A stretch of DNA of 64,000 nucleotides from Tetramitus jugosus (taxonomy: Eukaryota > Protista > Heterolobosea). Location: contig OW569377.1 in assembly GCA_937625935.1 (NCBI GenBank), positions 310,001 to 374,000 on the forward strand, read 5' to 3'. The notes beneath the pieces are model-generated. The model worked only from the letters and a program-made list of their open reading frames with translations, ran no database searches and was not told the origin of the DNA. Both the position numbers and the translations under genes were made by a program. Shown one piece after another: positions 56,020 to 64,000 of this stretch (the stretch's first letter is position 1; every line of letters begins with the position of its first letter).

Positions 56020-57030
56020 ATGGGAGGAATCGTTAGTCAATATGTCTTTGTTCCACCAAAGTGTAGCTACACGACTTCACATCCACATCAGGTCACTTGG
56101 CTCCAAACAGCCAGTCATAAACAAATTCCAGCTTACTATCTAAAATCAAAAGAGTATGTCTCACACACAGCAGTCATATGTTATTATTGAATAACCTATA
56201 TTCACAATCCAAACAAAAAAAATAACGAAAAAAAAAATTTTTTTTTGTGTGTCAACAAATTGAACAAATTGAACAAATGATCGAATGATAGTGCCAACAT
56301 TAAAACACACATTCTGTACAGTCATGGTAACGCAGCAGACATTGGTCAAATGCACGATTTTCTTCAACTGTTGCGCAACTATCTCAATGTCAATGTATTT
56401 CACTATGAGTATGTCGGTTATGGATTAGCATCCGATCAGGGATCACCCAGCGAAAAAGACACATATGAGAGTGTAGAAGCAGCATACGACTACTTGACCA
56501 ACACTCTTCAAGTATCACCAAGTGATATTATCGTGTTTGGAACCAGTGTGGGCAGTGGACCCAGTTGTCATATTGCTAGTAAGCACAGAGGACTCAAGGG
56601 ATTGATTCTCGAGTGTCCATTTAGTAGTATTATGCGAGTGGTGACCACTACAATGTTTGCTCGGCCCATTGACATGTTTCAGAACATTAACAAGATTGAT
56701 CATGTACAATTTCCAGTGTTTATCATACATGGTAGGAATGATGATGTAGTGCCGTTTGAACATGGTGAGGCACTGTATGAAAAGGTGCCTGATGCGTTCA
56801 AGTATCCACCAGAGTGGATTGATAATGCGACGCATCATAACATTATTGAAAAGTTGACTGTGAGGGGTTACATTAAGAAACTGATGAAATTTAATGAGCA
56901 TTGTACGGCATTTGTCAAGGAGAGAGATGAGAGTGGTTCATCGCCGCGGTTAGATCATAGAGGCGGTCGTGGTAGTAGTTCGAGTAGTTCTGGAGGTGGA
57001 ATGTTTACTTCCTTGTCTTCTAATACTTGA
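56020..57030 (+). CDS. ABHD17-like alpha/beta hydrolase (depalmitoylase family); intron 56154..56291, ~290 aa
   Basis: MGGIVSQYVFVPPKCSY, ILYSHGNAADIG, YEYVGYG, GTSVGSGPS (nucleophile), IHGRNDDVVPFEHG, THHN. Confidence 0.9.
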
Positions 57031-57140
57031 TTTTGTCGATATATAATTTATTTTTTCATCTTTTTCCATAAGACTCTGCTTTGGAATAAAGTACATGTGT
57101 GTGATTTATACTTTTACAGCAAGTAATCAGCGCCACTCTT

Positions 57141-58265
57141 TTATAACCAAGAACTTGGCCGAATCGTTGTTCTCATGCCTTGATTCATGGACACTGCAGG
57201 ATAGAATTGTTGACCTCGAATGTTGTTGACCACGAGGATTCGTTTCCTCTCTCCATTTCGCAACAGATAAAACTCCATTCGTGCACCTGCTTTGTGACCT
57301 TGTGACATCAAACCGTTGCCAGTCGTACCACCAGTCGTGTCCGTTGCTAGACCTTCCAACATTTTATCATTGGCTTCCGAGCTCAGAGTCATGTCACACG
57401 CGACTCCAATGACATCACCTTCCTCGATCGTTTCAGAAACTTCAGGGTCGATACGTTCTCCGCGACACGCACCACGACATGGACCAATAATCAATCCAAC
57501 ACCCGTGTGCTGTGCCTGATAACCAATGACATCATTACCAGACTGAGATTCGAATGGAAATTGTGGACTTTCGACACCCACAATGATCCACCACGTGTTG
57601 TGCGTCGCTCGTTGAAATTGATTAATTTCAATTTCCCAGCGATAGCTATGGCCTGCATTGAGCATTCTCGTAGCTCTTGTAGTGCCCCAGTAGGAGCCAT
57701 GAACTTCAGGATTTTCCACGGTGCGATCATGGTTTGTAAAATTGAGCACACGCCCCTTTTGAGAGCTTGACGGGTCCCACACATAGGAAGTCATAAACTT
57801 GTACTGCTCCAACCAATTGTCAATTCCCTCCTCCAATCGTAGTTCCAATTCCGCCTTGTCCCTTAATTTCTCCTCTCTTAATTCCGCTTCAATCGAATCA
57901 ATGAGTCTTTCTTGTTCGCGGTCAGAGGAAGTTCCGCTCGAAGACGAATCAGATGGGTGATCTGCAGTGGCGTCAACCGTAGTTGTCGGAGTTGTTTCTG
58001 TTGCCGGAGTTTTTGCAGTTTCGGCGACTTTTGATTTGGCCGACCAGGCACGGCTCAGAGAATAGAGACACATTTGTTTCCAGAGGTAGTTGGCAGAGGG
58101 TGACTTGACATCTAGGACCATATCGTTCAGGGAGTGACAGACACGAGCCATACGCAACAACTGATAGGGTCTACAGTAGGTCAATATGGACAGAACAAGG
58201 TCCTCTGGTAGTAGCAACAGATCGAATTGATGGTACTTTTGCTTGTTTTTCTTTATGAGCAGCAT
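57141..58265 (-). CDS. F-box + SPRY/B30.2-like domain protein
   Basis: LLLLPEDLVLSILTYCRPYQLLRMARVCHSL (F-box), then YRWEIEI, IIVGV, EGDVIGVACD and FYPAVSM (SPRY). Confidence 0.85.
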   Translation of the reverse strand: MLLIKKNKQKYHQFDLLLLPEDLVLSILTYCRPYQLLRMARVCHSLNDMVLDVKSPSANYLWKQMCLYSLSRAWSAKSKVAETAKTPATETTPTTTVDATADHPSDSSSSGTSSDREQERLIDSIEAELREEKLRDKAELELRLEEGIDNWLEQYKFMTSYVWDPSSSQKGRVLNFTNHDRTVENPEVHGSYWGTTRATRMLNAGHSYRWEIEINQFQRATHNTWWIIVGVESPQFPFESQSGNDVIGYQAQHTGVGLIIGPCRGACRGERIDPEVSETIEEGDVIGVACDMTLSSEANDKMLEGLATDTTGGTTGNGLMSQGHKAGARMEFYLLRNGERKRILVVNNIRGQQFYPAVSMNQGMRTTIRPSSWL

Positions 58266-58750
58266 TGCCTTCTTTTAATAAACAATAACAATAATTTTGG
58301 TGGTATCTCACAGTTGTTGTTTGTTGATGTTTTTTGTGGTTCGATTTCCTTTTTGTTTCAGAGCGGACTTATTCGAACAGGATCGCGAGTTCATTTTGCC
58401 GACGACGCATTACAAAAAACTATGGCTCAACTTCCAATGTCCCTCCTTTTGTTGTCAAAGATTGTTGAGTCTCCCACCTGTGGTGCGCTCCAGACACAAT
58501 TGTTGAAGCCATAGTTTTCAGCCTTAACACGCTTTGAGCATGGGGAACTCGAATCGTTCAACATTCAGCTCCATGTCCATAAATGATATAATTCTATGAG
58601 TCCCATGTACAGATTAAACATAATCTTCTCCTCCTTCACTTCATGCGGCCAAAGTAAGAACAACCCTCAAAGATTGCCGCCAAGTTTACAGTTTTCGCTG
58701 GCGGGTGTTTTGGTTGGAATTAAACCGAAATTATTGTGCGGGTGATCAAC

Positions 58751-59872
58751 ATGAGCTTTTCAAGAAGTAGTGATGATAGTTATCACACCCAATCTTCTTT
58801 TACCTCCAGGGGTTCATTCCTGTTTGATAGCCCTGAGAAAGCTGCCCTTGTAAGTTTTCACAAACAACAATAACTTGTTGTTTCACTATATTCCATTTAA
58901 TTTGCTGACTGTTGTTGTCATCTTCCTTCACAGAGAGAAATAATTGATAAGCAGAGAGTAGAGCTTCAATCAAGAACTGAGATGCTTGAGAGAGCTAGAC
59001 TGGCTCTAAAGACCATTCAGAATGAGAATGAAAACATGAGAGTTTCAGAGGCCATCACGAATTTGGACTCGCTCCAAAAGGAATTAATGATGATAAAAGC
59101 TGAGAAGGAACAATTCCAGAGTCGTGCCAAACAATTGGAAAATATTGTAAAAGAATTGAAGAAGGATAAAGAGAGTTTGTTTGAGCAGATTGAAAAGATG
59201 AAGGAACAAGTGATGAACAATTCATTACAAGAAGCGAAGAATAGGTCATTGAACAACGATGAGTTCAGAAGGGCCATACAGAAACTAGAGGAGGAGAAGA
59301 TTGATCTTAAGAATCAAATAGATCGAGTAGAACAGGGACGAAAGTTGAGAGAAGAAGAATTAAGAAATGAAGTCAAGAGAACAATGTTAGAGAAGATGGC
59401 AGTTCTGCAAAAGGAATACCAAGAAGTAATGGAAAGAAAAGAAGAATCCGAAACAACTATCACCCAGCTGACTCAAAAGGTTAAGGACATCGATGAACAA
59501 TTGAGACAGAGTGAACAACAGAACACCTCGATGGAGGAGCAATGTGACAGGAACATGCGATTAGTAACATCTCTGAAAGACCAAGTTGAGAGTAGAGATA
59601 GAGCCATCTCTGAAATGAAGAGCGAAAGGAAAAACATGGTAGAGAAAGCTCAGTTGGACAAGTTGTACCAGAGTATGAGTGAAATATGCACCATACTCAA
59701 TGTAGATAGTTTTGACAAAGCTGCTCCCAGTGTCAGGAGACTAGTTTTGGTTGCTCGGGGGGTCAATCAGTGGATTCAAGATTCAACATCTCCCGTCTCA
59801 ACAACAAAAACCAGCAGGCGAAGTCCTCAAAAAGAGACTTCATTGATAGCAGAAGCATTGAGTTTCAAGTAA
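58751..59872 (+). CDS. Coiled-coil protein; intron 58850..58933
   Basis: An exon from ATG 58751 (MSFSRSSDD...KAAL) splices GTAAGT...CAG in frame into the 296-aa heptad-rich ORF. Confidence 0.75.
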
Positions 59873-59886
59873 AGTTTTTTTGTATT

Positions 59887-61944
59887 TTAACTGATTGAAT
59901 CCGTAGACGGTTTGAAATAAATTAGATCTCGTATGTTTGTCACATCTGACGTTATCTTTCCCTTCTCGACCAGTTCATTTGCCAGGAACAACCAATTTAC
60001 ACAGTTACTTACGGTAAAGAACTGGCTCTGAGCAGTCTTTGCTGCACACTCACTCATTTGCTTGAGTTTTTCTTCGTTCATGAACAGCTCATACAGCAAT
60101 TCTTCCACCTTGTGAGTTTGTCCCAGTGGGACAACGAAAGAGTTTTGGCCTGGCATAGCTTGCAACGGCATTCCTCCAACATCATTGAGAATAACTGGTT
60201 TTCCTTTAAACAAGCACTCCGTAATCTTCACTTCTAAACCCTCTCTGTGTGAGAGCTGAAGGGCTACATGACTTTTGCGCAACAATGCATTCAGAGTTTG
60301 GTCATTGTGTGGAATTCGGGCTCGCTTGATATCGTCAGCCCAAGGAGAATAGATATCGAGACTCAGTAAGCTCTCTATAGTTTCCATGATTGGTTCACTT
60401 TCTGGATCATCAATCGACCCATGCCCCACAATGACCAGTTGAGGTGTTTTCTCGAGGGGAAAATCCTTTGGCAGTCGATGTCTCAATCGTCTATAGGATT
60501 CCAATACGTCAGGGATTCCCTTTGAAGGATCGAAACGAGCTGTTTGGATAATGTATGGACGTTTGAGATCCAATGGAGTCTGATATCTGGATATCAAAAA
60601 GTTGTTGAACAACAGGCAATAGTAATCAATCTGATTTTCTGAAAGTGGCTTGTTCAGACCATCCAGAGGATCAGTTGTTGCAGGCATGAGTACTACCTTG
60701 TGTCGAGGAACCATGTCTGGAACAAATTCTTTGATTGGATGACTCAGGAACACATCCACGTGCTTCACTTGATTCTGATTCCAAATAAAGTCCCAAGTCA
60801 CGGATTGTGGAGAGCTTTTCTGATGAACCAAATGGGAATCGATATGGATATGACTACGATAAATGATTTTAGCATGGGGATTGTGTCTTCGAATAAAAGG
60901 GATGAGACCACTGGGTTGATAGTCATCACAAACAATGACTTTTGCTTCCATGAGAACAGGATACAATAGGTCCACATTCTCTTCACTCCACATGTTCATC
61001 AGTTCCTTGTCATTTTCCGTGAGTACCAAGTCCCTTGGAGCTACTCCTTGCAAAATGTTGTGAAACTTTAATTTTGTAATCTTGAAGATTTCGTGTCGCA
61101 CGAGCAGCACGTGCCAACTGACTGAACATTCGAGCAGATTCATCAATCGAATCAATGCATGTCTCATTAAGGCTACTCCTCCGCCCTGACCAGTCGAGCT
61201 TAGAAACACTATGCGATTGCCAAGTCGCTTAAACCTCTCTGCTTCCACCAGTAGCCGGTCAAACTCCATGTCTCGCACAGAGATTTGGCGTGGATCTCTG
61301 TACGCATCCAACGTGGTCAAACGTTGAGGAATGACTCGGCGAGTGGCGTCCATTCGAACCTTTGCTATATCAAATCCATTGTGAGACACTTCTCCCACGC
61401 AACTGTCATTCAAATCTTCAAAGTTCTCACCTGGGACTTCAAAGTAATCATAAATGAGTTGAACGAGCTGTTGTTTGACCAACGTTTCCACAATTTCGTG
61501 TCTCATTCCCTCTCCATTGAAATTAATGGCTTGATCATTGATGGGTACTACACCAGAAACTACATCGAGCTCCAACCAAGCACGTTCACACAATTTTCTT
61601 CCTCCAAAAATCGGTTGCACAAAAAAGGAGTCAAAATTGCAACCAACAATTTTACAATTATACTTTGAACCGTATTCACTCATCCATTGAAGGATTCGGT
61701 CTTGAACTTGAGAGACTGGAACGTCCTTGAAGTCAATAAATTCAGTTTTGATGTGACGAAAAAGATACTTTCTCACCACTGCCACAACAATACTCAAGTC
61801 CAGTGTGGAATTGGGTTGGAGTGACAAGGTATCAGGCATAGTCTGCTCTGTCGATGATTCATCAATACGAATCATGGACATGAATGTGGAGTCAAGTGGC
61901 TTGACCGGCTTCATCAGCTGTGTAGTGTGTGTACTGTCGCTCAT
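59887..61944 (-). CDS. Fungal-type trehalose phosphorylase / trehalose synthase (GT4, TreT-like)
   Basis: FLSSTGQGGGVALMRHALIRL, IFKITKLKFHNILQGVA, IYRSHIHI, MPATTDPLDGLNKPL, QTARFDPSKGIPDV, GHGSIDDP, LQLSHREGLEVKITE. Confidence 0.92.
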   Translation of the reverse strand: MSDSTHTTQLMKPVKPLDSTFMSMIRIDESSTEQTMPDTLSLQPNSTLDLSIVVAVVRKYLFRHIKTEFIDFKDVPVSQVQDRILQWMSEYGSKYNCKIVGCNFDSFFVQPIFGGRKLCERAWLELDVVSGVVPINDQAINFNGEGMRHEIVETLVKQQLVQLIYDYFEVPGENFEDLNDSCVGEVSHNGFDIAKVRMDATRRVIPQRLTTLDAYRDPRQISVRDMEFDRLLVEAERFKRLGNRIVFLSSTGQGGGVALMRHALIRLMNLLECSVSWHVLLVRHEIFKITKLKFHNILQGVAPRDLVLTENDKELMNMWSEENVDLLYPVLMEAKVIVCDDYQPSGLIPFIRRHNPHAKIIYRSHIHIDSHLVHQKSSPQSVTWDFIWNQNQVKHVDVFLSHPIKEFVPDMVPRHKVVLMPATTDPLDGLNKPLSENQIDYYCLLFNNFLISRYQTPLDLKRPYIIQTARFDPSKGIPDVLESYRRLRHRLPKDFPLEKTPQLVIVGHGSIDDPESEPIMETIESLLSLDIYSPWADDIKRARIPHNDQTLNALLRKSHVALQLSHREGLEVKITECLFKGKPVILNDVGGMPLQAMPGQNSFVVPLGQTHKVEELLYELFMNEEKLKQMSECAAKTAQSQFFTVSNCVNWLFLANELVEKGKITSDVTNIRDLIYFKPSTDSIS

Positions 61945-62451
61945 TTGTTTGTTGAGCTTTTTGTTGTTTTCTTGTTACTTGTTGTGATCTGTGGGTGGTT
62001 AAATCTGGTTCCAATTTTGTATTGGTCAGGTGGTTAGTTCACTCAACTTCCGATAAAAAAAATAGTCAATATTTTGATGGGCATCCAAAAAAAATAGTTC
62101 CTTCACAAATCTCTTGATTTTGATGGGTATAATCGCTGAGATCGAATCCAATTAATTACCCTCACAAACGTATCTCGTATCGTTCGTAAGATAACTCCGG
62201 CTTTCACATTACAAAATGACAACTCCTTTATATTTTTCGTAGCTTCTTATTACTTTTAGAATCTCACCATCAATACAATCTATTCATGGAGAATGATGTC
62301 TTGTGAGTAATAGCTCTATTTAGTCGTCGACTTGCTCTCCCATTATTTTCTGTAAACCGACACCACCCAAATCCAAAAATTCCCGCTCACCTCCTTTTGC
62401 GGTCATATAAAATTTTTCATGACTTTGAAAAAAAGACTTCAAAAACACACA

Positions 62452-62820
62452 ATGATGATCACGTCTTTACCGTCGTCCCAACTACTCATGGAAATACTGT
62501 CAAAAGTGGTCATTGGTGCACTCAGTGGTTGTTCACTTGGTTTATTCCTCGTTTTTCTCATCATCTTGATTCAAGAGAGAAGATGCATCTCCTATGACTC
62601 TATTCTGGGTCAATTCGTTAGCTTAGTGTTCTATCCAGTATGTCTGACCATCACTGGTGCTGTGCTAGGTTTGGTTCAATGGATTGGTTTCGTTCGTGTC
62701 ATTTGTGCACTTGTTGTGATGGCTGTTTTCATTTTTGGCGCCTTTTTCATGTACGGCGGAGAACAACAACAGAACTCCAAGTTGCAATCTTCCAACACCA
62801 AGAAAAAGGATAATTTGTGA
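62452..62820 (+). CDS. Small 3-TM membrane protein of unknown function
   Basis: Three hydrophobic segments. The ATG follows an A/C-rich leader; an alternative in-frame ATG lies at 62419. Confidence 0.55.
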   Translation: MMITSLPSSQLLMEILSKVVIGALSGCSLGLFLVFLIILIQERRCISYDSILGQFVSLVFYPVCLTITGAVLGLVQWIGFVRVICALVVMAVFIFGAFFMYGGEQQQNSKLQSSNTKKKDNL

Positions 62821-63088
62821 TATAGATGACTAGTGGTGGATGTTTGTGTTCTGGAAAAGTAACTACAGCCGCGCATAGACCAGCTTTATTGGATATTGTG
62901 CTGGTCCTTTGTGAGGTCCAAGAGGTCAACAGTTGGGTCATAATGTTTTCTTGTCGGGAGTCCAACAACAAGAATGGTCAAACAATATTGCGCAATCCAA
63001 ACGGAATAAATTTTTGGGCATTTGAAGGGCCTAATCAAAATTCCACAGCAAAAAACAAGAAACACAAACACTAACCAACAAACAAAGC

Positions 63089-64000
63089 ATGGGTAACGCC
63101 ATTCGGTCCTCCAACAACAACGACGATTTCGAAGAGAAACATTCTTCTGACTCCACCTCTTCAACCCGTAGATCACCACGTTTCTCTAGTCCCCGCCGCT
63201 CCAAACGGTTCAGCACATCCAACTCCGACCCGCTTCCTATTCTCCCGCATGACATCGTTCTCGCCAAAATTACGAACAGTAAACAATTTCAACAGAAATT
63301 GGGCTCTAGCATGAATCGGATGCGCCATTTCGCCAAACAAGTGTCGGACGTTGAAGAGCTCAAACAATCCTATTTGTCTACGGATTGGCTTCATACGGTA
63401 GAGCTATACAAGGAAAGTACAGTGGAGGACGATGAGGATGAAGAGGATGAAAGTCAGCGCCGTCATTGCTCTCTCATGACATCGAGTAGTGGTGGTGCTG
63501 TTCATCATCACCATCACCATCATCATGATCACCACGAACATCACGACCATCATCTCAACATTAGCTCTACACTGAGTAATCATTTGAACACTGTGCTAGG
63601 CATTACATCGACAGAAACCAACTCCAACAGTGAAGCTTTAGCTACACCTACAGCTACAAATGGAGAAGAGGGAATCACAATACAAGAACAACAACAAGGT
63701 CATGAGACGACACATCATCAAGAACAAGATGAGCAAGAACAAGCACGAGTCGATAGAGCTGTCCATGATGATGATGGCGTCGCAACCACCACCACCACCA
63801 CACCCACAACAGAAGAACAAAAGAACTTTTTTGACTCGTTGTTGGAGTTTGAAGAAATTCCTGAACGAGAGCTCGACTCGCTCAAAAATCTCTTGTTCAT
63901 GGAAAAGATTCGCATCAAGCTATTGATCTCTGAAACAGCAGCTAGACCATCAAAGAGAGCCATTAGACAACTGGTGAGTCCACTGCTCAATAGCTTGCAT
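63089..64000 (+). CDS. Hypothetical protein with a possible N-myristoylation start (MGNAIRS), truncated by the window end
   Basis: Manual translation from ATG 63089: MGNAIRSSNNNDDFEEKH..., acidic and His-rich tracts, ...LKNLLFMEKIRIKLLISETAARPSKRAIRQLVSPLLNSLH. I saw no stop before 64000. Confidence 0.7.
   Translation, partial: MGNAIRSSNNNDDFEEKHSSDSTSSTRRSPRFSSPRRSKRFSTSNSDPLPILPHDIVLAKITNSKQFQQKLGSSMNRMRHFAKQVSDVEELKQSYLSTDWLHTVELYKESTVEDDEDEEDESQRRHCSLMTSSSGGAVHHHHHHHHDHHEHHDHHLNISSTLSNHLNTVLGITSTETNSNSEALATPTATNGEEGITIQEQQQGHETTHHQEQDEQEQARVDRAVHDDDGVATTTTTTPTTEEQKNFFDSLLEFEEIPERELDSLKNLLFMEKIRIKLLISETAARPSKRAIRQLVSPLLNSLH

Overview
Gene-dense eukaryotic nuclear DNA with short GT-AG introns (GTATGT/GTAAGT donors, CTRAC/TACTAAC-like branch sites), many poly-Q/N/H tracts and very short intergenic gaps. 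The style suggests a free-living protist, most like a heterolobosean (Naegleria-like) amoeba; this is an inference, not an identification. About 30 protein-coding genes can be supported. They include a 4CL-like acyl-CoA ligase, a decaying F-box tandem array, an Integrator INTS5-like gene, ALG14, an OSCA/TMEM63 channel, Ssn6/Cyc8, LYRM, prefoldin 6, an ERI-type exonuclease, an MFS transporter, V-ATPase G, a RhoGEF, an ARF-like GTPase, RRP1, a bacterial-type ParA ATPase, UFC1, ABHD17, an F-box/SPRY protein and a fungal-type trehalose phosphorylase. The stand-out region is 17.2-28.4 kb, which holds three repeats of a two-gene module. Each module pairs a membrane/secreted, apparently circularly permuted bacterial-type amino-acid solute-binding protein tail-to-tail with a TM-Cache-TM-HAMP-class III cyclase receptor. 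The cyclase domains keep only one half of the catalytic machinery, and their 3' ends, including the intron, are homogenised across copies while the sensor parts have diverged. This looks like a split ligand-binding-protein/receptor-cyclase chemosensory system. No rRNA, tRNA, CRISPR array or intact transposon was recognised.
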